This document shows, one piece after another, positions 24,241-35,179 of a DNA stretch of 60,155 bases (positions are counted from its first letter, which is position 1; each line of letters opens with the position of its first letter). Under the pieces are notes generated by a model that did no database searches, was not told where the DNA came from, and saw nothing but the letters and a program-made list of their open reading frames with translations. The stretch comes from Nemertoderma westbladi. Its lineage: Eukaryota; Animalia; Xenacoelomorpha. The stretch is taken from contig JAUCBJ010000080.1 of assembly GCA_032718475.1 (NCBI GenBank), positions 1-60,155 on the forward strand, read 5' to 3'. A program made the translations under genes and the position numbers.

Positions 24241-25302
24241 ACTCACAGTACAGTTGTACTACAACAGTAGCTAGGCCTAGTAGAAGATTCCTAAGATTAA
24301 CATATGTTAATTAAACCAAATTGTATAGTTTGAAACAATCTGTGGTTGGAAAAGAATAGGCACGTTAGTAAAAATAAGTCACCAGCAACTAAATGCTTAT
24401 TAGATTAAATTATTATTTTTGATCAACATTTTAAAAAATTAATACATTATTATTTAGTACAAGTTCCATATTGTTCCAAAAAGTATTTAAAAAAAATATT
24501 TACAGCAGATTCTTGTAGATATAGAAGTACTTTACAGTGTGCTGACACCACAGTTACACGAACGGAAGTACTGTACTTAGAGAGTAAGTATAAAGATATA
24601 CGAAAGGGGATGCGCTAATTACAGGACAGATGTATAAATAAATCGCATTCTACAGTATAGAGAGGTGATGTTGACTTTACGCTGAGTCAGGTGAAAATGA
24701 AACTAAACATGAAGTAAATCTTGGTAAGTTGTTCTGATACTCGTGTTGTTGTTAGCATCCACTCACTGCGTTCGTCGGTAAATAAACAACTCGGATAAAA
24801 GTATAATAAAAAGTGCCACTTTATTTAGTTATACACAGCTGATGTTGCTTCAGTAGGACTGAAATAGTGTAGTTGTAATCAAATGTGGTATAAAATCATT
24901 ATATAAAGCCACATTAGTATTTTTTAGTCATTAAAATTGTAAGATTGTATTAGCAACCCAGTAGGCGTGTTTCGATACATACAGTACTGCAGGAACCCAT
25001 ACAATTTATAAATTATTTACTGTACTCTAAAACGCCCGCCAAGAATATATTACACGTTTAATTACTAATTGTCGCTAGAATGCCAAACTACTGTACGGTA
25101 GGCCCTACACAATTAAATAACAATTATAACTACAGTATACAGTAGGTCGTGTAGATTTGAATAATCTGGCAGCCCCAATAATTGCCTTAATTTCAGATAT
25201 AAGTTTAATCTACTGTAAATGTTCGTGTTGACTTCGTACAGCCAGTAAGAATCTCTTAGAATGACAAATGTTCGTTAAATTAGTAGCAAAAACATACAAA
25301 TA

Positions 25303-26225
25303 CAGCCCTCCCAGCCAAAAAAATCGATGAAAAAAAGGAATTTATATTTTCAAAAAAAAGGAAAAAAAGGATAGGATGCAGTTCAGAAAAAGGACAAAAA
25401 GGATCGGATACGGTTCAAAAAAAGGGAAAAACTGAATTGATATTATCTTTAAAAAAGGACAGTAAACATTATATTTCATTAACCTTATATATATAGGCCG
25501 ATTAAGAAACGTCACTGTATGTTTCTAATTTTCACCTTTTTGCCTAGTTATCAGAGATGGTTGAATTCGGCCTATTGATGGCCATTGATAGAGGTTTATC
25601 AAACGCTTGTAAATAGAACTTTAGTTTGAAAGAAATATAAGGCCCAAAAACTTTGGTACGGATTTCTGGTCGTGGCTACATTTATATAAATAACAAAAAT
25701 ACTTTTAGACTCAATTAAAATTCATCCATCTCCAGGGGAAAACGGATGCAAATAATAGGTGATTATGAGCAAAAATGAAACTATAACCCTTGTTATAGGC
25801 TTTACTTTATTGTTTTGGTTAGAATAGACTACCACTGCAACTAGTTCCTTTCCCTAAATTAAAAAACAACAATATTAATTCACCAAGGCGGGTTTTGTGT
25901 CAATCATAACATATCCCCCCCTCAGAAAATAAATAAATTTAGTTCCCTGAACTGCTACATTTTTATGGTAACTTAGCTTGTGATTTTTGTCAAAATAAAC
26001 ACTCAAAACAAAAATCGGCATTATTATGCCCGTCAATCTCTGTTATAACCTTGTCAATATCAACAGCAAGCTGAAGTTGATCTTCTAAACCAAAAAAAGA
26101 GGAAAAAAATGTGTGAAAATGGACAAAAAAAGGAAAAAAGGAAACGTTCTAAAAAAAAAGGAAAAACAGGAAACGTTTTAAAATAAAGGAAAAAAAAAGG
26201 AAAAAAGGAAACTCTGGGAGGCCTG
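25303..26225. mobile_element. hAT-like MITE with AAAAAGG subterminal repeats
   Basis: CAGCCCTCCCAG / CTGGGAGGCCTG termini; CAAATA directly flanks both ends. Confidence 0.55.
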
Positions 26226-27344
26226 CAAATATAAAAAATATGAGGACCACCACAAAAAATGGCTATGAGTACAGTAGGCCTACCGGTAACGAACCCAATT
26301 GTACTTAATTTAGAGTGTCTGTTAATGAACCGACTCCCCTCTATCGATTCGGGTGAAAAGGTAATACCCACCGTAACGCGAAGTTGGGTAACTTACAGTA
26401 GGTCAGTGAGGTATTAGCAGCACCACGGCAACCAACCCCCCCCCCCCCCCCCCCCCCACCTTAGAGCTGCAGATTAATATAATAGTTGTTGCCGTGCTCC
26501 ACAAAAAATTAAAAACTAATTTTTCGCTCGAAAACTTGAAACCAATTCAATTCTGAATTTTCAACAAAATATAATCATATAGTTTTACGAAATTGTACAG
26601 TTTTGCTTCCCTATTTTCCGCTGGGAAAGCCATTCAAAATGTTTGTTCTTAAATTGTTACTTTTCGCTCGAATACAGTATACCCCAAAATCGGGAAAAAA
26701 AAGTAACCCATAGGATTGCATTGTTTGTACTTTTTTCGGTGAAGAAAGCTAAATAAGAAAATGTAAATATTTTTAGTAGAATTTCATAAATTGTATTTCA
26801 TTTGTTGGACGAGTTACGTTACGAAGTAGAAAATGTTTGCACGTAATTTGAGCAAAATCCATGCACACACTCAAAAGTTATTGCAACTTTGATGTCAGAA
26901 AGTAATTACGCAAAAAAAATACGGAAAATAGGAGGCCAAACTGTCCCTATAGAGTTAAAGGGTGGGCAGTTCGTGCACCTGTTAAGGACAATAATAGGCC
27001 TTACAGTAGCAGTAGTTTTGACCTAGGTACTGTAGGCCTCCGTACAGTACACCATAACAGCATGACCTACTACTGTACAACAGTAAGGTCATGCTGATAT
27101 GGTGTACAGTAGGCCTTGCAATGCAGAGGCGTATAAGAAATTAATTTCCATAAAATGACAGCCTGAAAATGCCGTTTTTTATCGCAATAAATTAATTAAC
27201 TGCTTGTACAGTAGCTTCTCGAAGGCCACACGCACATCAGTTTGGCAAATTTATAAACTTTTGACAGACTTGATGTGTAGGCCTACCAAGTTTAGTTGCA
27301 TTTCATCGACGTTTGATCGAGTTATTAACGTTTAAATATTGGCA

Positions 27345-27874
27345 CAATAGAACACGTTCGTGGGGACTTCGCGCAGCACGTAGTCGGCAAGCCTTGGCAT
27401 ACGGTTCATATAGAGCAAATGGGGCATGTCTAGTTTGGACCCCATATCCCATGCTATAAATGTATTCATTCGATATACAATCATATGTTAATCCGCTAGG
27501 TGGTGTCAAATTGTTATTCTGCAATTTCGTACTTACCAGTGCACCACTGTACAGCAGTACCGTACCGGTAGGCCTATGTCATTACTTCTGAGTCTCTAGC
27601 GGATCCCCAATTAAATGTCTTAACTTTTCAATTTCGTAAAAGATAGACTTCATGATTCTCTACAGGCCATCAAAATTTCAGCTCAGGAAAATGAGGCCTT
27701 CCCGAGAAATTTAACATTTTCTAAAAACCACATAATCTGTCGTAGCTGACGTCAGACTGCATGATTTTTCACCAAACTTTACAAACTTTCTAAACTTTCT
27801 CTCTACTACTTACCTACTAAGTTTGGTTCAATTCCGAACGAGCGATGCCGAGAAATTCGCGTTCAAACATTTAC

Positions 27875-27907
<33 letters not shown>

Positions 27908-27990
27908 AGACGGACAGACAGACGGACATGCCCCATTTGCCCTATATGAACCGTATGCAAAGGCTCGCCGACTACGTGTCTCGCCCCACA
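27345..27990 (+). mobile_element. DINE-1/HINE-like (Helentron-associated) element
   Basis: ~55-bp inverted repeat (27376-27430 / 27926-27982) adjacent to a (GACA/GACG)n microsatellite at 27875-27927. Confidence 0.55.
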
Positions 27991-28204
27991 ACAGACACAC
28001 CGATTGAGATAGTGGTACCGGTATCCTACTTGTGTAGGCCCTATGCTAAGCTCGCTTACTTTCTTGGATCGCCCCACAAGTTAATTGCAAATAGTAAATT
28101 GTTAAAAATAATTTCTGGAAATGCAACCATAATTTTTGGTGCTATTTTTGGTCCTCCTAGGACGAAAAGTACAAGTAAAAAATGCCAAGCTAAAACATGT
28201 TTGT

Positions 28205-28930
28205 TTGGTTTGATAATTCTGAACGCATACGGGTTTTCGAGGTCCCTGATAACGATGAAACTAGTTATAAATATTTCTGGTAATGTAAACCCAATTTTAG
28301 TGCCATTCTTGGTGCCCCAGAACGAAAAGTACAAAAGTACTGCAGCAAAAATTTAAATTGTTCAATTTTGCCTTTGGTTGAGTAATTCTGAAGCTACAGT
28401 ATACTGGTTTTCAGGGTCGCTGATCAGGATACAACTTGTTAAAAATCATTCGTGGTAACGCAAGTATTGTTTTTGGTGCTTGTCCGGTGGGACGAAAAAT
28501 ATGTACTGTACAAGTATCATAAAATTTCAAAAGGTAAAAATATAATTTGGTTGGATAATACGATATTTTAGAGTGTCATATTCGTGATCAGCGTCCCAGA
28601 AAACCCATAACGTCTTAAAATCAGGTTGATTTGGTAATTATTTTTTTATTATCATATTTTGCTAGGGGCCTAATTGTATTTTTAGTGCCGTGCATTGACA
28701 CATCCAAAAATGCCCTAGTCAACGTACGATATATTTCAGTGTCATACTGTATTCGTGATTAGCATCCCAAAACCCATATGGTCATACAAACAATTTGATT
28801 TTTTATCATCACATTTACACAAACTTGTCTTTTTCGTGCACCAGGGGGCACATTCAAAATTACCAAAAATTATCTCGAATGTTATAATTGAGTTCTATAA
28901 TCGTGATCAGCATCCAAAAACCGATAGGAC
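28205..28930. repeat. Degenerate repeat units in both orientations (GGGTCGCTGATCA / TGATCAGCGTCCC), likely a MITE interior
   Basis: Units at ~28230 and ~28410 face inverted units at ~28585, ~28755 and ~28903. Confidence 0.45.
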
Positions 28931-30194
28931 GGCAAATAAATTAAATTTAATGGCCCGTAAACACCTTTGAAAATTTTAGCCCATAAAATTTTAGGAAAAG
29001 TCACGAAATCTCGGTTTTCCCAACAAACCTGATACAGATGAATTATAAAATTTTTTCTAAACTTTATTAACCTCGCTGGCGTAAATAAAATACCTCGAGA
29101 CAATTGAAAAAGTTATAAATAATAATTAAATATATATTATTTTTTTTTATAATTTTTTTTTCTGAAAAATTTAATTACTGGGGGGGGGGGGGGGGGGGGG
29201 GTGGCGCCTAAAAGTTCGTATACCCCCCCCCCCCCCCCCGGGTGGGCGGGTGTTGAAAAACCACGCTAAGCATCTGCATACACTATAATAAATATACCCT
29301 CTCAATTATTTTTTAAAGAAAGCTAAAAATAGTCACTTAATGTACGGGATGGTGCCACTGTAACCAATGATATTTTAATAGGATACTGTTTTGAGATGGA
29401 AACTAACGGCGCTATTATACGCGTTTGGCCTATTAAGCCTCAGTATAAATTACAGAGCTCGTAATGGGCGACGTTATAAATAAATAATTATATTTCTAAC
29501 ACGATCTTCGTGTTTGGTGAATGGTGAGCGTATTCGTTTCAAGATAGATATTAATTTCCTTAACAAATTACGCGATTCCAAAATTTGTATATTAAATAGT
29601 TAAAAAGGACGTCTAGAACATCTCCTACAATACCTGAATCAATGCTCTGTATATTTGTCTTGTATACTTGTATGCCTATATTATATAGCACCGATATCGC
29701 ACATAATACACAGGGTACAAGTACATCCATTAGGATCTGTTTGTTATACGCGCTTTTTAACCGCGTAATTTACAAATTTTGGAATTTCGTAATTTTTTAA
29801 TATCTCACACCTTTAGACCATTAAGCTCGCCATCCACAACTTGTTACCATACCAATGTTAAATAACAGCTGACACTAATTTCACTCCTCCCTCTCGTGTT
29901 AGTAACTCGAAGTTCGTGTAGAATTCTTGTATTTTTCATGTCCCCTAGGAAACACGTACTAACTCAACACAACCCTATTAAAATATAGTTTATTTTGTTT
30001 TATAATTAATATCTCCTGACAGCAAAACTCGAGCTGATTAATTTGCAATTCTCCTTGTTTCTCTTTAACATACTTCACTTGGAGGCCGCAGTAAGACCGA
30101 GGTTTGAGATAGGAAAAGTGGTGCGAGCCACAAAATCTTAGTGAGCCTTTACTTAGCTGTATTATTAGCTGCTTACTTTTATTTAAAAAATAAT

Positions 30195-30487
30195 ATAATT
30201 ATCGCTGGGCAAAATAAGTTACGACCGTTAAGGCAGGTATTACGCACAAAGTCTGACCACTCATTTGCAGGGCGGTCCACCAAGAACTATACTCCCCAAG
30301 GGAAACTGGTACTCAATTAGCGAACATTTATGGGCATATAGCATAGATGAGCTCGGGAGTCCCTTTAAACCCTTCATACCGAAACTAAAACAACCTGGAT
30401 GCCATGCAGGGATTGAACCCACGACCTCCTGAGTCAGAGCTGTGAAGTCAAGGCAACGGATTTAACCACTATGCCAAGGTTGGCCGG
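30195..30487 (-). mobile_element. tRNA-derived SINE
   Basis: Minus-strand A box TGGCATAGTGG and B box GGTTCAATCC; central TGAGTACCAG motif shared with the SINEs at 34059 and 34949. Confidence 0.65.
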
Positions 30488-32146
30488 GGATTTAAACATT
30501 CCGAAAGAAGCTTGGGAAATACTACCGGATACTGAGTATTGTATGACTGTAATATTATACCCAGCTTGTTCCTGTTGGCCCATCGTGGGGCGAGCCATAT
30601 CATTATATGATGCGTTTGGACGGTGTGCATTTTTTATCATATTGTAAGCTGAAAACTGGCCTGCATGAAGACTACCTAGACCAAAATGTTTAGTAGTACT
30701 GTAAATATAAATGTAACATTTATATCATTTAGATTTGAGATTGACAGTCCTGTGTGGCAATTGTTATGTATTTTTAAATTTGTTACTAATTTTACAGGAT
30801 TTTAATATGATTGCAAATAGATTTATCATAATACTTCACAAAATCTGGACGGCTTTTCACGCACAGACCCAAGCCGATGATATAAAGATCACTTCATAAT
30901 TATTTGCTGGCATTGATTTTTCAATCCAATTTTAAAAAAAAAATTAAAAATTAAGAATAACTGTTAAATCTCCGCGAAATTAGCTCAATAATGATTCAGC
31001 AATTATTTTTGTATTGTTCAATCATTATAGTCAATAAATATTATGTGTAAAGAAGATTAATTTATTTTTATGTACTTTGTGTGTACAAATATTTAATTAG
31101 CTTGACCTATACCGCAGACTACATATTATATAGAAATCCTAATAGATTCTAATAACCATTTATACTAAAATAATTGGAATATAAATAGCCAGTTATGTCT
31201 GTTTGTCATATACGGTATTTAATTATACATGACTACAATAAATGTGTGTGAATTATGAAATACCACCGCTAATAATATCGCTCGAAATGTTCGATCGCGT
31301 TTTAAAATCGCGTTTTTGAATATTCGAAAATCAAAGGTATATCAAACCTAAGTAATTTTTGGATGTAAAAATGTTTAGGTTAGTTTGAAAATACAATACA
31401 GCTATTATATGAACTGGTCATCATTTAGCGTTATTTGTTTTCGGCGCAAATAAAACGAATTATTTTCCCCACTTCACTCACACATTGCAACTTGTTTCAG
31501 CAACAAGTTGCTCATTGTTGTGGAAATTTAGATTATCGAATAAACCCAAAATAGGAATAGCTTGTAAAAATGCGAAAAAAAATCGCCGCAACAAAGTTGC
31601 ACGTGAGAGTAAGCCTTCAGCGGGTCTCGGGGTTTGTTTGCAGATACTATTTTTGAGTTCGGCAAAAATAAGTAAAAATCAATACAATAAATTACACCAC
31701 AGTAATAATACGCAAACAAATTTTGCACCGAAAAAAATAAACAAAACTACAAAACATGATTTGTAAAAACCTTTGAATTTCGAACATGGAATTTTATGAT
31801 CCATAAATCCAAAAAAGTATGCTATACCGTTAGTCTAGAGAACTGTTAGTTAAATGTCACATATAGTAGTTAGTTAGTTTAGATTCCTAACTGTAATGTT
31901 TGCTACCCAATTCATAATAAACACGACAACGCCTTGCCTATATGCACAAATTAGCAAGTAATAATTTCAAAGATTAAAATAAAAAGTCATTAGAGACCTG
32001 CCAGTTTATAACATTTACAAACAATGCTGCACGAGGACACAAGGAATGGATTTATCATTTATATTGTCCATCAATCTCTACTGGTCATCAGTTTGTGAGA
32101 GAATATTGCCATATAAATCAACCATATCTATTAAAGTTTAATCCTC

Positions 32147-33853
32147 CTAGGTCAAACATGATGTCGCTTTATTTAATATTAATAAGTTCTGCTGGTATAG
32201 TTCTCTATGCGATTGGTTAGGAAACAACTTCCCATTATTAGACCGCCGAGTCTGTATTCTAGAACTAAACAACTTCTTGCGTAATTCCAAGTCTGACGGA
32301 GTCGAGAGAGCCGATTTCCCGGGCCCTAAAACCCCGAATATATCGCGGCGTTCCCTCCATCGCGTAAAAACGGCTCGGTTGAGAGCCGCGGAATCCTTAG
32401 CGAACAACTCGCCGGGGGGCAGTCGGTCGTTGGGCGGGACGCCCCGGCACAAACCCTCGACGGCCGTCGTCAGTCCGGAGTCAGCCATCCCAGGACTGCA
32501 TCCCGCCTCCAGGAACACAGCGGGTGGGGCGAATCGCTCGAGATGGCTGGTCTCGTCCGCCACGGGAGCCGTTCGAGTCTCCGCGACTAGAGCAGCCCAA
32601 TCAACGTCCAGGATATCAACAACAACTGGTTTAACCTCGACCTCCTCTGTCGCGGCGTCTCTTTTACTCTTGAGAGTTGTTTCCAACTCTTCGTCGCTGA
32701 TTTCCTCCAAGTCTTTATTATCCCGGTGTCCAGACTTCCCGTCTCTCCCTCTACTGCGTCCATCGCGACCACCACTGCGTCCATCGCGACCGCCACTGCG
32801 TCCACCGCTGCGACTATCGCCCCCGCTACGACGACGCAAAGGGGACAGCTTCAGATCGCCTCGTCTGACCCCGGAGCGGCCCCCCAAATCCCCCCTCCTG
32901 TCGTCCCGTTTACGGTGATCCCCCCGGCCCCTCCAAGGGGAGCGACTCCGAATCCTAGTTCTCGAACCACTGCGATGTCCCCTACGCCTATCGCGGTCAC
33001 GCCCACTTCTATCCATTTTATTGTCCCTGTCAACTTTATTGTCCCTGTCCGACCTCTTGTCCCTTTCTCCCTTGGTGTCTCTGTCTCCTTTGTTATCTCT
33101 AGTCCCCTTGGTTTCTTTGTCCGATTTACCGTCCCTATCCGATCGCTTATCACCCCGTTTATCGTCTCTCTTGTAGTCCCGCCCGCTACGTTTATCCCGA
33201 CTTTTTTCTCTCCTACTTCGCCCCCCTTTTCCGTCTTTGTCGCGTTTGTCCCTCCGTTTGTCCGACTCTAGACGTTTCTTATAGCCGCTCCTCTCACGAC
33301 TGTAATCTTTCTTCCCCCTGTCTCTGTCACCTTTCCCGCCCTCTCGAGTTGACTTACTGCCTGCAGTTTTATCTTTGCTTTTCTCTTTTACTTTATCCTT
33401 TATAGACGACGTATCATCTTCAGTCTTATCCACAACAGGCTCATTATCAACCTCCACGATAATGCCTACATCAATCTCTTTCCCACCCTCGGCATCCTGG
33501 GTTTGCTTTGGAGTTTCTCTGCCAGGCGATTCATCCGCAGTTTGCAGCTCATCCTGAGTTTCCAAAGAACCGTCTGCGACGTCGTCAACAATAGCGTCAG
33601 CAACATCGTCAACATCATCTGGTTGAACGTCATATTCTTCATGCTCTGCTTTTTCTGGTATTTTATCATCTTCAAAAATACAATCAACAACTTTGGCAAT
33701 GGCGTCGGGGTCCTCTGTAAGAGAGATTTCTCTTTCTATATTTCCCGAACTCAATTTGTAGCGATTACAAGAATTCACGTCAATCCCACTGTCTACTTGA
33801 CTTTCGACCTCCACTGTAATCGTTTTACTCTCATCGGCAGGTTCTTTAACCAC
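32147..33853 (-). CDS. ZC3H13: ZC3H13/Flacc (m6A writer complex subunit), RD/RS-rich and conserved C-terminal region; true N-terminus not located
   Basis: LEEISDEEL, DILDVDWAAL, LERFAPPAV, AALNRA..RRDIFGVLGPGKSAL..DLELRKKL resemble the ZC3H13 C-terminus; the frame stays open without an ATG up to 34069. Confidence 0.82.
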   Translation of the reverse strand: MVKEPADESKTITVEVESQVDSGIDVNSCNRYKLSSGNIEREISLTEDPDAIAKVVDCIFEDDKIPEKAEHEEYDVQPDDVDDVADAIVDDVADGSLETQDELQTADESPGRETPKQTQDAEGGKEIDVGIIVEVDNEPVVDKTEDDTSSIKDKVKEKSKDKTAGSKSTREGGKGDRDRGKKDYSRERSGYKKRLESDKRRDKRDKDGKGGRSRREKSRDKRSGRDYKRDDKRGDKRSDRDGKSDKETKGTRDNKGDRDTKGERDKRSDRDNKVDRDNKMDRSGRDRDRRRGHRSGSRTRIRSRSPWRGRGDHRKRDDRRGDLGGRSGVRRGDLKLSPLRRRSGGDSRSGGRSGGRDGRSGGRDGRSRGRDGKSGHRDNKDLEEISDEELETTLKSKRDAATEEVEVKPVVVDILDVDWAALVAETRTAPVADETSHLERFAPPAVFLEAGCSPGMADSGLTTAVEGLCRGVPPNDRLPPGELFAKDSAALNRAVFTRWRERRDIFGVLGPGKSALSTPSDLELRKKLFSSRIQTRRSNNGKLFPNQSHRELYQQNLLILNKATSCLT

Positions 33854-34058
33854 TTCGTAGTCGATTGATTCGTCATCTAGGACTCGACTAATAACTTTAT
33901 TGGGGTCCGGGGAGTTTCGCTTCGAATGTTTCTTAGACGTCTTTGAGGATCGCTCTCGCTTCTGTTTGCTTTCCTCCGGAACTCCCTTCTCATCGACGAC
34001 GTCTTTCTTCCCGCTTATCGCTCGTTGTTGCTCATTGTTGCTCGATGTTGCTGATGAA

Positions 34059-34292
34059 GGCGGGGTAGCTCAGTTGGTTGAGCGCCGGGCCTGCAATCTA
34101 ATGGTTGTAGGTTCAGCCCCGCCAGGGTCCACTCAGCCTTTCATCCACTGGGGTCGATAAAATGACTACCAGTTAAATAACTGGGAGCAAATCTTGGGAT
34201 AGGAGTAGCGCCCACCCCTACCCTCGGGTAGCAGCTATCGAAAGAGGAGCCTTCGGGTCGCCTCCGGCTTCGGCCGACTATTTGCTTGCTTG
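34059..34292 (+). mobile_element. tRNA-derived SINE, copy 1
   Basis: A box TAGCTCAGTTGG, degenerate B box, central CTCAGCCTTTCATCC..GGTCGATAAAATGA domain and (TTGC)n tail; near-identical to 34949-35179; inserted in a 10-bp repeat (34018-34400). Confidence 0.85.
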
Positions 34293-34948
34293 TAGCTTGT
34301 TGCGCGTTGTTGGTCATTGTTTCTCGTTGTTGGTCATTGTTGCTCGTTGTTGGTCATTGTTGCTCGTTGTTGCTCATTGTTGGTCATTATTGCTCGTTGT
34401 GCATTTTAGCACCTACCGTTGTAATGAGCAAAAGGCAAAGTGGAAATCCACAATAAACAAGTAGATGAAGAACAAACTGAGTGGCTACTAACTGGCTACT
34501 GTACAGTAGGCCTAAACGAGTTTGTGTGAAGAAAAATCCACCGTCCCGTTAGGTGCTCCGCAGGAAACCAGTAAGAATAATTTATATTTGAAAAATCCCG
34601 TTTTTCTCACACATATCTTTAAAAATAAGTGAATTGATCTATCATTGTCCATATTCTGATATTCTGCCCTCGTGTGTTGAGTTTCCACTTGTTGGCATTG
34701 TAGCACTCGCTTCGCTCTTGCTAAAAAAATTGCCAACTCATGTAAAACTCAACCACTCAGTTTGAATAGTTGAATTTCGCTATACTGAAAGTTAGTGAAA
34801 ACTACCACGTATAGTAGGCGCCTATATTTATTATGTACAGTATATTTTATGATGTAGGCCTATGTGCAAATTGTGCCACACCCAACATTCAATCACAAGA
34901 AGCCAAATAAATTAAAAGCAAAATTAAACCGTGCTAAGCACAATTTAA

Positions 34949-35179
34949 GGCGGGGTAGCTCAGTTGGTTGAGCGCCGGGCCTGCAATCTATTGGTTGTAG
35001 GTTCAGCCCCGCCAGGGTCCACTCAGCCTTTCATCCACTGGGGTCGATGAATTGAGTACCAGTTAAATAACTGGGAGCAAATCTTGGGATAGGGGTAGCG
35101 CCCACCCCTACCCTCGGGTAGCAGCTATCGAAAGAGGAGCCTTCGGGTCGCCTCCGGCTTCGGCCGACTGTTTGCTTTG
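34949..35179 (+). mobile_element. tRNA-derived SINE, copy 2
   Basis: Near-identical to 34059-34292; imperfect TSD AAGCACAATTTAA / AAGCACGATTAA. Confidence 0.85.

Noticed and set aside
27823-28356. 177-aa ORF as a gene
   Set aside because: It spans a microsatellite and repeat junctions and shows no protein motif.
32277-33868. Antisense and alternate-frame ORFs over ZC3H13 (likewise over CHM, ATG4, DCLRE1A and the RTEs)
   Set aside because: Shadows of GC-rich or repetitive coding sequence.
34051-34057. Other CTGATGA matches (also ~17400, ~46213, ~54219, ~57887) as hammerheads
   Set aside because: No correctly placed GAAA or closing helices.
34059-34132. tRNA-Cys(GCA) genes at 34059 and 34949
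   Set aside because: The anticodon and T stems do not pair, and similarity continues ~160 bp into a SINE body.
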